28,870 bases of DNA from a virus (IMGVR_UViG_3300035135_000182:1-28870), one strand, 5' to 3'. Counted from the first letter of the stretch, positions 9,970 to 19,580 are shown. Translations and numbers: made by a program. The notes: generated by a model from the sequence alone, not told the origin.

Positions 9970-12245
9970 TAGAACGATACCTCTGCGATTAAACCATTTA
10001 TCTGTAATGACAATGGTGCTGATTGTGTAATTCTTACTGTTGGGTCTTTGCTATAACCTAACAACCTAAATTCTTCTTTGCCAGTAACGGCAATTCTTCC
10101 AGCCCCTAAGTCATCTGTTACCTGACGGATAATTAATCGTTTATCATTTACAGAAACAGATAATGTATTCACCAAATCAAGTATAACACGATTTACTCTT
10201 CTTGGGTTGCCTGTCAATGGCCCACCTTGTACCTGTGCGTCAATAGGTAATGTTTCTGCTTCAACATTAAAACTATAACCTATTTCTGCTGTTGTAATTG
10301 CCTCAACAGCAGTTACATCAACTTCACCACTTGATACAGTAAATTGGCCTAGATGATCATCTCCATTAACAACATCAACAACAGCACCATCTACAAAATG
10401 AGATGCAACATTAAAGACCCCAGCAGGATTAAATCCCTGAGCAAACGTATCAGAAAAATCTAACTGAAGGCTGGAATCAAATTCTGTTAAAATAAATTTA
10501 TTAGTATTATTGCCTTTATCATAACTACCAACAAGAAATACTCTGTCATCTACTGTAGCAATAGAATGAAACTTTCCGTTTGACGTAGTAAACTTTGCCC
10601 ACCCTGCTCTTTGCTCACCTCTATTTGAAGTAAAGATTGCAATAGTTCCATCTTGATTTAAGAAGAATGCATAGGATTCAGGTCTATTGATAGCACCTCT
10701 AAGTATACTCATTTGCACAGGATTATTAATTAAGTGTGCAGAAATTTGACTTATTGGATTGGCTACATATGCTGATTCAGTATCAGAAAATATAAACTCC
10801 CTTACTACAGAACCATTCTTCTGAACATACAATGTTGCGCCATCTAATGATTGAGGCTTTACAAATGAAGCACCAAACGGTGTCTGCCTTCTAATCTGTG
10901 CATTAGTTGGTGTTATTGGTTTGTCTGTAAATGCAGGAACATATAACTCTGAAGTGCTTGTAAAGATTTGTAAATCTCTATTTGAGACAATATGCCTAAT
11001 AGTATTTATCTCACCAATGCTTGCTGTCAAATCTAATGCATCATCATCTTCTGCATCGCCAACATCAAAATTAAAATAAAGACCAGTTCTGCTTGCCCAT
11101 ATTCCGTCAGGCTGTGATAGAGTTCCTCCAAACCATAACCTGTTTTCATGAAAAGCAACTGCTGCAGGAAATCCTCTTAGCGCACTATATGATTGCTCTT
11201 CCCATTGTGTTGTTGGGGCATGAGTTTCTATTTTAGGAGAACCGCCACCAATACTATTAGTATTTGCATTTGCGCCAGCAGTTACAATAAAAACATTTTC
11301 ATTTACTATTTCTTGGACAGTTCTTGTGCCGTTAATATTTGCGGCACTAATGCCACCAATTCCACCAGCATCTGATATAGTAATGCTATCATTGGTGCTT
11401 AAACCATGAAGGGCCATAGTAATTTGTATATCTGCTGTGCCATCTGTTGTTTCTATTGCATCTGTATCTAGATGCACCTTTAATGCATCTTTAACAGTCC
11501 CAGTAGCTTGAGTTTGAGATTGTACGGATGTAATAGTTATTTCTTGCCCATGATATCGGATTACAATTCCAATGTGCTTTGAGCTTGGATAATCGCCACC
11601 AGATTGAGTGCCAGTAATATCCCAATAGTTTGCAGATGTTGTGAGGGTTACACCTGAGCCACTAGTTGTAGAAGGGTCAAGAGTTACATCTTCTCCATGA
11701 AATGAATAGTATGGCTGATGGATATAATTATTATCTGAATCGCTTACAAATGAATAAGTATCCACTTCAAAGCTATTTAGCCCTGTCCTAACTAATCTTC
11801 TGATCATAAATGTTTGATGACACAAAAACATTATATCACCAGATTGGGCAAATGTTATTTCATCTAAAATAGAATCGGTTATTGGAAGAGCAGCAGAATC
11901 TACATCTTGAGTAATTGTTGTAACAAGAGTTACCGCACCTGTTGTTGGGTCAATCTTAAAACAACGTATTTTTAAATTTTCAAGAGAAATAATGTACCGT
12001 TCATCATCAGAAAAAATAAACGGTATAATCCTTACCTGTTGTCTTTTCGTAGTATCAACAGTTGTATCAAACTCATAAATTTTTCTTGTGCCAAATCTTT
12101 TAAGAAGACCGCCCTCATTTCTCAAAAAGAAGTTTTCAATCTTCTTTGCAGCGTTCTGATATATTTTAGTATCAGTCCTAGACACCATAGAAGGACTGAC
12201 TTCTCCAAACTGAAAATTAGATAGGGGAACTCTAATCCTTGCCAT
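9969..12245 (-). CDS. Tail tubular protein B / nozzle (T7 gp12, P22 gp10-like)
   Basis: 758 aa; NFQFGEVSP, GGLLKRFGT, FAQSGD, GFPAAVAFHENRLWFGG, IWASRTG motifs. Confidence 0.85.
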   Translation of the reverse strand: MARIRVPLSNFQFGEVSPSMVSRTDTKIYQNAAKKIENFFLRNEGGLLKRFGTRKIYEFDTTVDTTKRQQVRIIPFIFSDDERYIISLENLKIRCFKIDPTTGAVTLVTTITQDVDSAALPITDSILDEITFAQSGDIMFLCHQTFMIRRLVRTGLNSFEVDTYSFVSDSDNNYIHQPYYSFHGEDVTLDPSTTSGSGVTLTTSANYWDITGTQSGGDYPSSKHIGIVIRYHGQEITITSVQSQTQATGTVKDALKVHLDTDAIETTDGTADIQITMALHGLSTNDSITISDAGGIGGISAANINGTRTVQEIVNENVFIVTAGANANTNSIGGGSPKIETHAPTTQWEEQSYSALRGFPAAVAFHENRLWFGGTLSQPDGIWASRTGLYFNFDVGDAEDDDALDLTASIGEINTIRHIVSNRDLQIFTSTSELYVPAFTDKPITPTNAQIRRQTPFGASFVKPQSLDGATLYVQKNGSVVREFIFSDTESAYVANPISQISAHLINNPVQMSILRGAINRPESYAFFLNQDGTIAIFTSNRGEQRAGWAKFTTSNGKFHSIATVDDRVFLVGSYDKGNNTNKFILTEFDSSLQLDFSDTFAQGFNPAGVFNVASHFVDGAVVDVVNGDDHLGQFTVSSGEVDVTAVEAITTAEIGYSFNVEAETLPIDAQVQGGPLTGNPRRVNRVILDLVNTLSVSVNDKRLIIRQVTDDLGAGRIAVTGKEEFRLLGYSKDPTVRITQSAPLSLQINGLIAEVSF

Positions 12246-12838
12246 TAACTGCGCCTATTCGTAATAAACCTCGATGTAACCAACTTGCGTGTTGTTTGTT
12301 GTTGCGAGTCTAGGCTTCTAGCTTTAGCCATTGCATTTGTAGCTTGCTTTTCCATAAGGGCAGCTAAAGATGCATCTCTAGCAATGGATGTAGCAAATAC
12401 CATTGCAAGCGCATACTCAACAGCAATAGTAAAATATGAAGGGAACTCTAACTCATTTGCACGAAAAGTATAGTCAAGAATCACAGTATCAGAAGCAGAA
12501 GTATCTGCAAAAAGTTTGTCCCCATAAATTTGGTAATCAATTATATTATCTTCTACAGTTGCTGTATGCACCATTAAATATCCAGATGGTAATTGATAGG
12601 CTCTATCATACCTTCCTGTTGGGGCAGCAGTAAGCAGATTTAGAATTGCTTGGTTAGTTGCAAATCTCCATCTAGTATTAACTAGAGAAGTTCTAACAAC
12701 ATCCTCATACATATTTACCGAGACAAGAGCCTCGGTTGTTCCATCTTCAAATGAAGTAATCGGTTCAGCCCCAATAAGAATTAATGCTCTCGAGCATAAA
12801 TCCACAGGGGTATTTGCGTGTGTGCTAGTAACTGCCAT
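12245..12838 (-). CDS. Tail tubular protein A / adaptor (T7 gp11-like)
   Basis: 197 aa; LCSRALILIGAEPITSF, WRFA, YQLPS, FPSYF motifs; follows capsid genes. Confidence 0.85.
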   Translation of the reverse strand: MAVTSTHANTPVDLCSRALILIGAEPITSFEDGTTEALVSVNMYEDVVRTSLVNTRWRFATNQAILNLLTAAPTGRYDRAYQLPSGYLMVHTATVEDNIIDYQIYGDKLFADTSASDTVILDYTFRANELEFPSYFTIAVEYALAMVFATSIARDASLAALMEKQATNAMAKARSLDSQQQTTRKLVTSRFITNRRS

Positions 12839-12842
12839 GTGT

Positions 12843-12867
12843 GAATAAGGGAGGGTTGCCCCTCCCT
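12843..12867 (-). terminator. Intrinsic terminator after the capsid genes (T7 T-phi position)
   Basis: Minus strand AGGGAGGG-GCAA-CCCTCCCT then TATTC; perfect 8-bp stem, GNRA loop, weak U tract consistent with partial read-through. Confidence 0.75.
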
Positions 12868-12873
12868 AATCCT

Positions 12874-13134
12874 TTAGTCTGTCTCAGCAATAGCAGTACC
12901 CTGTGATGTATTCACAGTAGTACCGTCATTGGTAAGCACTGAGGCAATATGAGTTGTTGGTGTATTTGTATCAACACAAATAATAACATCTCGCGCATTC
13001 ATCATATTGACAGCTTCACCAGTAAAATAACCAGAGGCTTTTACAGTGGCAATAGCGTCAGCAGAGGTATAATGCCAAAGGTTTACACCAGATGCCCCAG
13101 ACAACCGAGTTAAATTTGCAATATCAAATGCCAT
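12874..13134 (-). CDS. Small capsid-associated (decoration-like) protein
   Basis: 86 aa between major capsid gene and terminator, AGGAG RBS, so co-expressed at capsid level. Confidence 0.55.
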   Translation of the reverse strand: MAFDIANLTRLSGASGVNLWHYTSADAIATVKASGYFTGEAVNMMNARDVIICVDTNTPTTHIASVLTNDGTTVNTSQGTAIAETD

Positions 13135-13146
13135 CTTTCACTCCTA

Positions 13147-13959
13147 TTAGTTGTTGTCAAGAACTTCGTAGATGCCGTTATTATCAATAACGACAGCACC
13201 CATTGACATCATTGATGTTGCAAGGTGCGCTACTTTTTCTGCGACATAGTTAATCTCTGTTGAGACATCAGAGTTGACGCCCAATCCAATAGAAGAAGTA
13301 TGATAAGCCATATTCTTACCTGCTGTAATCGCAGAAGTAGAGAATATCTTAAAGCCCATAAACTCTTTCATTGTCATGCCGCCAGCAAACGGAAGATTTT
13401 GCTCACCTACAAAGTCGCTTGAAGCAAACTCTGTAATGTTAAACAAATCAGCATAACCCTTTGGATGCATTGCCAAATAACGCTGACCGTCTTCTGGAAT
13501 ATTTGCAGATCCAAATGTCTCAAACAAAGTCAAAATATCTGCTTTGTCAATCGCAGCAGATGTTGAGTTAATTTGAGTTGAGTTAGCACCAGCATCCATT
13601 GCAGTGTAGATGATATCGTCAGTCTTGCGACCAAGAGCAGCAGCAGCAGATTGTGCTACAGCTTGACGCTCATTAATGTTAATCTTGAGTTCATCTAACT
13701 TGTCAATGTATTCTGCGGCATAGAAGTCAGCCATTGTTGCTTCCACAGTTGTATGTGCAAGTTCCATAGGGGTGACATTACCGTTTCTTGATTTAGTAGA
13801 GGCAGAACCTGTACCAATTTTTTGGAATCTCACAGTCGAACCTGTTACTTGGCTAGCCATACGCACAGTGTTCCGCAACTTAGAACCCATACGCTGATAA
13901 GCCATATGCACTTCAGACTCGAACTGTTTGATAAAAGCTACATCAATGGTATTAGCCAT
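13147..13959 (-). CDS. Major capsid protein (BPP-1/HTVC010P-type)
   Basis: AFIKQFESEVHMAYQRMGSKLRNTVR, EYIDKLDELK, AAALGRKTDDII, FMGFKIF motifs; AAGGA RBS. Confidence 0.9.
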   Translation of the reverse strand: MANTIDVAFIKQFESEVHMAYQRMGSKLRNTVRMASQVTGSTVRFQKIGTGSASTKSRNGNVTPMELAHTTVEATMADFYAAEYIDKLDELKININERQAVAQSAAAALGRKTDDIIYTAMDAGANSTQINSTSAAIDKADILTLFETFGSANIPEDGQRYLAMHPKGYADLFNITEFASSDFVGEQNLPFAGGMTMKEFMGFKIFSTSAITAGKNMAYHTSSIGLGVNSDVSTEINYVAEKVAHLATSMMSMGAVVIDNNGIYEVLDNN

Positions 13960-13992
13960 TTCATCAGTCCTTTTTTAAAGTTACACGATAGT

Positions 13993-14056
13993 CGGTTGTC
14001 TGCGTTTCATCCTCATTGCGATTATCCGTAAGGGTCGCTCAGTGCATTACAGGCCG
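13993..14056 (-). promoter_or_regulatory. Structured 5' leader of the major capsid gene with two C/AYAA internal loops
   Basis: Minus strand CGG-C-CTG...CAG-ACAA-CCG encloses GCGA-C-CC-TTAC-GG-ATAA-TCGC. Confidence 0.5.
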
Positions 14057-14560
14057 TTGTTGGAGATAGTAAACATTATTTTTACGATTTATGCAACGCA
14101 CAAATCTCATCATGGTATGCCCATTAATTTCATGCAGATGTTCATCAAACACAAAACCGCACCAACTTAACCACATAATTGTTTCATGATGATCCACAGG
14201 AACATAATTTTCAACTACCTTGTAATCACCTTGTAACAGCGCAATTACTTCTTTACAGCCTCTTAAAAAGGGTCGAAAGTTTGAGTTTATTGCGCCAGTA
14301 CCCAGCATCCAAACTCTACCTGTTTCATTGTCTACAGGTACAGTTCCGCACATGGCTATAGATTGATTGTCAAATTTTATTGTGTATGTTTTTGCACCAT
14401 CAATAGTAAGTGGCTCTGCAAGAGCTTCCAATGGCTCTAGGCCCATTATAAGACATTCACGTTTGTCTTGAAATCTAAGATATGGAGCGATTTCGTATGC
14501 GTCATCTGGGCGACTGTCTGTAAGAGAGAGCCGCCCAACTCGTTTAATTTCACCGACCAT
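14039..14560 (-). CDS. GNAT-fold protein, T7 gp13 / DUF2833-like
   Basis: IAPYLRFQDKREC, AMCG, GRVWMLGT, VENYV, IMWLSWCGF motifs; start at 14560 preferred over 14581. Confidence 0.7.
   Translation of the reverse strand: MVGEIKRVGRLSLTDSRPDDAYEIAPYLRFQDKRECLIMGLEPLEALAEPLTIDGAKTYTIKFDNQSIAMCGTVPVDNETGRVWMLGTGAINSNFRPFLRGCKEVIALLQGDYKVVENYVPVDHHETIMWLSWCGFVFDEHLHEINGHTMMRFVRCINRKNNVYYLQQRPVMH
14066..14103 (-). promoter_or_regulatory. Putative late promoter of the capsid gene (TTGTGCG-TTGCAT N19 TACTAT)
   Basis: Second exact TTGTGCGTTG copy, inside the 3' end of the upstream gene; spacer longer than canonical. Confidence 0.45.
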
Positions 14561-15266
14561 AAAGTTTTTTAAACCCTTCATCTACCTGACGAACAAAGTT
14601 AGCGTCACGTTTAGAGGGGTTATGATACCTATCATCAAGCATCATTTGCCTTAATTGGTCTTCATTCATTCTAGCCATACCAACTTGGTCAGTGCTAGGC
14701 CCACCATCTTTCATAGCTTCCATAATGGTTTCAAGTGCCATAACACCATCAGCAGTTTCGCACATACGCTCTATTGCGCTAAGTTGTTCTTCTGGAAAGA
14801 ATTGGTTTGCAAATAAAGAAACTGCTTCAGTTCTTGCTGTTGCATTATCACCTAGTCTTGCTAGCTCAGAATCATAGTCAGGCACATCTGCATTCAATGC
14901 GCCAAGATACATATTGATTCCTTCGCTAAACTCTTCTTGATTAAAGCCATTTTCAAATGCGTGATTAGCCCACCATGAAAGCAATTCATTATCTGAAGCT
15001 AATTCTTCATCAATACCTTCTGGCAATTCATAATCACCAACACTTGCTGGTCTATTTGCATAGGCTTCTTTTTCAATCTCTTCCATAAAGGAATTACGAT
15101 AGTCTTCTTCTTTCTGACCTAGTTTGCCCTCAAGAGAAGAGTATGCATTTGCCAAATCTTCTGCTGATTTAAATTTTTCTGGAAGCCACTCAGGACGCTC
15201 AACCGCAGTCTCAGTCTGGACTGCCTCTGTTGGTTCAGCACTGGCGGTAGATTCTACATCATTCAT
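14550..15266 (-). CDS. Capsid scaffolding protein
   Basis: Acidic 238 aa; ERPEWLPEKFKSAEDLANAYSSLEGKLG motif; C-terminal DDRYH...VDEGFKKLY; between portal and capsid. Confidence 0.85.
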   Translation of the reverse strand: MNDVESTASAEPTEAVQTETAVERPEWLPEKFKSAEDLANAYSSLEGKLGQKEEDYRNSFMEEIEKEAYANRPASVGDYELPEGIDEELASDNELLSWWANHAFENGFNQEEFSEGINMYLGALNADVPDYDSELARLGDNATARTEAVSLFANQFFPEEQLSAIERMCETADGVMALETIMEAMKDGGPSTDQVGMARMNEDQLRQMMLDDRYHNPSKRDANFVRQVDEGFKKLYGR

Positions 15267-15522
15267 TTTCTTTTACCTTATGTGCGTGTCTGATACGAGC
15301 TTCAATAATGCCAACAATATATCGTTGACCCTCCATGTGGCGCAACTCCGTATCAGTTACAGCCGCGCCATGCACAGATTCTATAGTTATTGAACGTAGG
15401 TATTGCAATACAGACTTCCCAACATCTGTATTAAACAAGGCAGCTACGTTTAAAGATATTTGTTTATCAATGTCTTGTGGTCGTTGATGTCCGTCAAGAC
15501 TGAGGTGGGCCTTCGTTGCCAA
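15259..15522 (-). CDS. Bbp19-like small protein
   Basis: LFNTDVGKSVLQYLRSIT...EGQRYIVGII motif, between portal and scaffold as in BPP-1-like phages. Confidence 0.7.
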   Translation of the reverse strand: MATKAHLSLDGHQRPQDIDKQISLNVAALFNTDVGKSVLQYLRSITIESVHGAAVTDTELRHMEGQRYIVGIIEARIRHAHKVKENE

Positions 15523-17092
15523 TAGTAACTCCCGCTGCTTGTTGTTGCATTTGCTGTTGTTGCATGGCGTATTGTTGCGCCATCTGCACCAACTGTTGAC
15601 GTTCGTTCAAATCTCTTATGAGATTGTCTGGAACGCCAAACTTCTTAGCAAGGTAAACAGCAGTTTCTTCTGAATTAATAAGAATGTTAGTTATCTCTGG
15701 GCCAAATCTTCCCTGCACCAACTCTAGGAATCTTGCAACTGAGGTAATGTCTTGGTTAGCTTGAGCCTGTGCCAGAGGTGAAACAGACCGTACCTTTACT
15801 TCTCTTCCATTAATTGTAGGCAGTTCTATTCTGCCCTGTTTCTTCAAAATATAAACTACACGTTGTAATACAGGCTGTACCAATTCAGCTTGGAGTCTTC
15901 CAAAAGCAGAACCAATACGACGCGACAAATCTGCCATACGCTCTGCAACTTCTGTGGCAGAAGCTGGGGTTCTGTCAGGATTGCCAAGCATATCATTGTA
16001 CAAAGCCCTTTTAATATTTAATCTCATATCTGAAAGAACAAGATTAGCTACATCAAAGCTACCTGCTGCACGAATAGGCTGCAAGCCCATAGACCCTGCC
16101 GCTTTAGGTATAACCGTCCCCGGCACCAAATTAATTGTATCTGGATTTACAACGCCATCATCATCCATTTGATATATGCCAGAGATTGCCATCTGTGCAT
16201 TTTCAAGGATAAGTTCTATTGTTAAGTTAGTGGTTTTGATTGCACTAAGTGCGTTTATAAGAGGGCCACGCCCATAAACTTCGCCAGCACATTTAGACCA
16301 GCGAAAACATATAAACGGATTAGAGCCAACGCCTGTATAACTTTCGTTAAAAATTGTTTCCCCAAGCATACATTCAATAACAAAAAACAAATGCGCTTCT
16401 TCGTTTTTCTTAGAGTAATCTCTACAAAGAACTTCTAACACTCTTGTTTTGTCATCTGGTGCGCGACTAATCTTGTCAGTCATTTTAGATGATAATGTTG
16501 CTTTTGGATACATAAGAGGGATGTCAGAGTTTCTAACCATACGCTCTCTAAACACATGATCAATACGGTCGTCTGGCCCTGTATCAAGAACAATGTGAGG
16601 CAATGGAATAGCTGAGAACATTATAGGATTAATTGCATCACCTTCAGATACAGACAGCACTCCTGTACCAACAGCTAAATCCATAAAGGATTCATGTACT
16701 TCCTGACCAAAGTTAGAGTTTTGTATTACTTCAAATACATATTCTGTTACTTCATCAAGTTCGTTATTAACTTCATCACGCGATTCTGTAGGCACTTCAC
16801 TCCCTGCTGTAAAGTCTGCCCAACGTGCAAAATTGGGAACAAGACCTTGCTGTAGCCTAGACGCAAACTCTTGTACGCCAACGACCGCAGTTTCATCAAA
16901 TATCTTGTCATCCCTTCTTTGACCTGCTGCTTCATAATAAAAAGACTCCCTTTGTGGCAGTGCATACTCATAACACTCTTCAAATAGGTCTACAAAATTT
17001 TGTCTGTGACTTTTGGCTTTTTCATATTTTTTGAGATACTGCTTTGCAATATCATCTGCGCCACTAGCCATAATGGGTGCATTGTATAACAT
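15494..17092 (-). CDS. Portal (head-tail connector) protein
   Basis: 532 aa; DLAVGTG, RWSKCAGEVYGRGP, ATEVAER, FGRLQAELVQP, SPLAQAQ motifs. Confidence 0.92.
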   Translation of the reverse strand: MLYNAPIMASGADDIAKQYLKKYEKAKSHRQNFVDLFEECYEYALPQRESFYYEAAGQRRDDKIFDETAVVGVQEFASRLQQGLVPNFARWADFTAGSEVPTESRDEVNNELDEVTEYVFEVIQNSNFGQEVHESFMDLAVGTGVLSVSEGDAINPIMFSAIPLPHIVLDTGPDDRIDHVFRERMVRNSDIPLMYPKATLSSKMTDKISRAPDDKTRVLEVLCRDYSKKNEEAHLFFVIECMLGETIFNESYTGVGSNPFICFRWSKCAGEVYGRGPLINALSAIKTTNLTIELILENAQMAISGIYQMDDDGVVNPDTINLVPGTVIPKAAGSMGLQPIRAAGSFDVANLVLSDMRLNIKRALYNDMLGNPDRTPASATEVAERMADLSRRIGSAFGRLQAELVQPVLQRVVYILKKQGRIELPTINGREVKVRSVSPLAQAQANQDITSVARFLELVQGRFGPEITNILINSEETAVYLAKKFGVPDNLIRDLNERQQLVQMAQQYAMQQQQMQQQAAGVTIGNEGPPQS

Positions 17093-17328
17093 CAGTCTAG
17101 GTACTCGTTAAAATATCCCATGCCGCCACGAGAACTTGTTAGTAATGAACGTCTGCCACGACCACCGCGACCTTTACCGCCTATTAAAGTTAATTTTTCT
17201 TTTAATCGGTCATCTCTTGTGCTTCTTGCATCTTCTGTTGCTCTATCAGCAGCAGCTTTTTGTTCTTCTGCTATTTTAGGGTCTGGCTGTATAACTGTTC
17301 TTTTTGGTCGAAATGGCCCTGCACACAT
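17092..17328 (-). CDS. Small basic virion/assembly protein preceding portal
   Basis: 78 aa, MC start, GRRSLLT motif, GAGG RBS; position equivalent to T7 gp7.3. Confidence 0.55.
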   Translation of the reverse strand: MCAGPFRPKRTVIQPDPKIAEEQKAAADRATEDARSTRDDRLKEKLTLIGGKGRGGRGRRSLLTSSRGGMGYFNEYLD

Positions 17329-17336
17329 ATTAACCT

Positions 17337-18875
17337 CTACATCCTAGCCCATAGTCCTTGACGATTTCTTTGCTTGGGCTTTCTTGCAAAGACATCATAC
17401 TCTTTTTTGGCATTAAAAGTTGTCAAAGGTTTTTGATTACTCATTAACTGCCTACCCTCACCAGCCCCCAACATTAAATACTGAAGTGCGTCATGGATAT
17501 GAGAATACATATTTTTATCTGGTTTGTCAGCATATCTCTCACCAGATACTTCCATCCTCTTATAATGATACCCACCTTCAAAACCTTTTATAAGGCTAGG
17601 ACACCTTCTGTCAATTAAGAAGCCAGAGCGTCCATCAACCATTTTATTTAATGACTGTGACACAGATTCGAGTCTCAAGTCTACTGAATTTGATGGGGCA
17701 GGTATTGCTCTAAGGCCAGCACCTCTAAGTATTTGAAAGGGAGTTGTCTCGTCTGTCTGTGCGCGAAAGTCACCAGCAGGGTCTCCAAATATATGCACCT
17801 CTTGATTGCCAAATCTTGTTGCTATCTCTTGCCTAAGTAACTCTGCAAACCTTACAATACCCATATCAATAGCAACAATCTCTGACTGTATTAGCCATCG
17901 TCCACGCACCTTTTGTCCAAAAACAGCAGCAGGTGTTAACCCAAAGTCAATGCCAATGTAAACAGGAACTCCATCTGCAATAGCTATTTCTTCTTTTGCT
18001 ATATGCATTTCTGGAGCAAACATTGGATATACAGGCTTGCCATCTTGTATACTTCCAAGTCTATTCATTACATAAACATCTATCCAACTTTTTGTCTTTC
18101 CTCTAATTAAGTTTGGATAATAGGACTCCAACATATGTTTGCTGTTCTCAGCATTCTTATTAGGGCTATAATCAATAACAATACCTTCTTTGTTGGTTTT
18201 TTCGCTCATACCAGATGGTTGTGTATAAAAATTCCAGTTGTCTGGTTTAACCAGCATCTTAGCTTGCTCTCTTGGAATGTGATCAGGAATTGGTACTTCA
18301 CCAGACATAATGGGCCACCAATGATCCTCTTCTGGCGCGTTGGTATCAGCAATAACTCCTGACCATGATGGCCCACCTTCACGCATGGATGGGAAGCGAC
18401 CCACACGCATAGTACACGCATCAATAATAGATTTTGGAACCTCCCTCGCCTCGTTTATCCAGATGCCTGTCAATTCTAGGGAGAGGAGTTTCTTGACATC
18501 TTCTGGTCTGTCGAGGGCGAGGAAGATAACTTCAAGGTCGATATCCGATTGTTTGATATGATGAGTATAAGGTACAGACCAATGAAACCTACCCCAATCG
18601 TTCTCAGGAAACCAATCAAGCCACGTTTTGATTGTCGTGGTTTTGAGTTGGGGGTTGGTGTTTCTAATAATCGCCCAACGACTACGCCTAATACCATCCT
18701 TATTCTTCTTCTGCATTAAGGCTCTACGAAAGACCTCAACACAACAACCTACCGATTTGCCAGAGCCAACAGGCCCACGAATGCCACGAAAGAATGTATC
18801 ATCCTTCATAAACTCTTTTAACACTTTGCCATCAGGCTTGTATTCAAAGTTGGTCAACTTGTTTGTCTTTCCCAA
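17337..18875 (-). CDS. terL: Terminase large subunit
   Basis: Walker A GPVGSGKS, Walker B GIWINE, nuclease GIDFG and HIHDALQY; exact TTG start uncertain (18875 or 18857). Confidence 0.93.
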   Translation of the reverse strand: MGKTNKLTNFEYKPDGKVLKEFMKDDTFFRGIRGPVGSGKSVGCCVEVFRRALMQKKNKDGIRRSRWAIIRNTNPQLKTTTIKTWLDWFPENDWGRFHWSVPYTHHIKQSDIDLEVIFLALDRPEDVKKLLSLELTGIWINEAREVPKSIIDACTMRVGRFPSMREGGPSWSGVIADTNAPEEDHWWPIMSGEVPIPDHIPREQAKMLVKPDNWNFYTQPSGMSEKTNKEGIVIDYSPNKNAENSKHMLESYYPNLIRGKTKSWIDVYVMNRLGSIQDGKPVYPMFAPEMHIAKEEIAIADGVPVYIGIDFGLTPAAVFGQKVRGRWLIQSEIVAIDMGIVRFAELLRQEIATRFGNQEVHIFGDPAGDFRAQTDETTPFQILRGAGLRAIPAPSNSVDLRLESVSQSLNKMVDGRSGFLIDRRCPSLIKGFEGGYHYKRMEVSGERYADKPDKNMYSHIHDALQYLMLGAGEGRQLMSNQKPLTTFNAKKEYDVFARKPKQRNRQGLWARM

Positions 18876-19038
18876 ACCTAATCATACGTTCAACAACTTC
18901 TGGCCCGATTACAGCTATAACTTTATCAGCCTCTCTATCAGTACAGTGTTCTTCTGGGTGGTGAGCAAGGTGTACTTTTTTCACCACTGTTCTTAATATA
19001 TTTCGTTCTTCTACATTAAGGGTGTGCAAAAAACTCAT
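18844..19038 (-). CDS. Hypothetical protein coupled to terL
   Basis: 64 aa, ATGA overlap with upstream gene, overlaps terL start. Confidence 0.6.
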   Translation of the reverse strand: MSFLHTLNVEERNILRTVVKKVHLAHHPEEHCTDREADKVIAVIGPEVVERMIRFGKDKQVDQL

Positions 19039-19289
19039 GTGCGATGTGCCTTTGTCTTCTTAGCAATTTTTTTAGGTTGCTTGCTGAATTGTTTGCCCTT
19101 GCGTAAGGCTGCTCTCTTGGCTCTGGTAGTACGAGCATACTCACTAGCCGATAAAGATTTTATAGCGGATTCTGGAAGGTAACGCTCACCAGTAGCCTTT
19201 GGGCCTTGTGTGCTAGGCTTGCCTGATTTAGTGCGCCACTTTTGCTTTGTCCAAGCGCGTAAGGATTTCTGTGAGGGTGCAAGTGCCAT
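19035..19289 (-). CDS. Basic protein, DUF5872-like C-terminal half
   Basis: QKSLRAWTKQKWRTKSGK...GERYLP...KGKQF motif; very Lys/Arg rich. Confidence 0.7.
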   Translation of the reverse strand: MALAPSQKSLRAWTKQKWRTKSGKPSTQGPKATGERYLPESAIKSLSASEYARTTRAKRAALRKGKQFSKQPKKIAKKTKAHRT

Positions 19290-19456
19290 TAGCTTGTATA
19301 CCCACCACCAGCTTTTTTATAGAGCAGAGCTAGTCTTTGCGCTTTTCTTGCTGACCACTGACCCGCTTTTCCGCCCTTTGCTTCTCGCTTTACTTTGTTG
19401 AACAGGCGTTTTCTCAGGGCTGGCTTCGTGTAGTTCCCTGCTGCGTTCACTGCCAT
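19289..19456 (-). CDS. Basic 55-aa protein, DUF5872-like N-terminal half (missing from ORF track)
   Basis: Manual translation MAVNAAGNYTKPALRKRLFNKVKREAKGGKAGQWSARKAQRLALLYKKAGGGYTS; GGAGG RBS; TAATG-coupled to next gene. Confidence 0.75.
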   Translation of the reverse strand: MAVNAAGNYTKPALRKRLFNKVKREAKGGKAGQWSARKAQRLALLYKKAGGGYTS

Positions 19457-19580
19457 TACTGACCTCCACTAATCTTTGTGAGTCTCTGGTGTATGTTTCA
19501 CCTGACATAACTCGTCCATCAGGTGTTGTGATTGTTGGGCCATCATAAGGTGTGCCATCCCTATATTGATATTTAGGCAT
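19317..19580 (-). CDS. Hypothetical protein
   Basis: 87 aa; N-terminal YRDGTPYDG...PDGRVMSGETYT looks protein-like; last 140 nt overlap the 55-aa gene in another frame. Confidence 0.55.
   Translation of the reverse strand: MPKYQYRDGTPYDGPTITTPDGRVMSGETYTRDSQRLVEVSNGSERSRELHEASPEKTPVQQSKARSKGRKSGSVVSKKSAKTSSAL

Noticed and set aside
13132-13160. T7 10A/10B-type frameshift or read-through from capsid into the 86-aa gene
   Set aside because: Genes are in frame but separated by three stops (TAA TAG GAG TGA), no slippery site, and the second gene has its own RBS.
13940-13967. Hammerhead-like CTGATGA followed by a short stem at the capsid start (minus strand)
   Set aside because: The stem is followed by GATG, not the required GAAA, and stems I and III are not evident.
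14550-14581. Scaffold-GNAT fusion by frameshift at GGG TTT AAA AAA C
   Set aside because: Would need a +1 shift with no stimulatory signal; an ordinary overlapping ATG at 14560 explains it.
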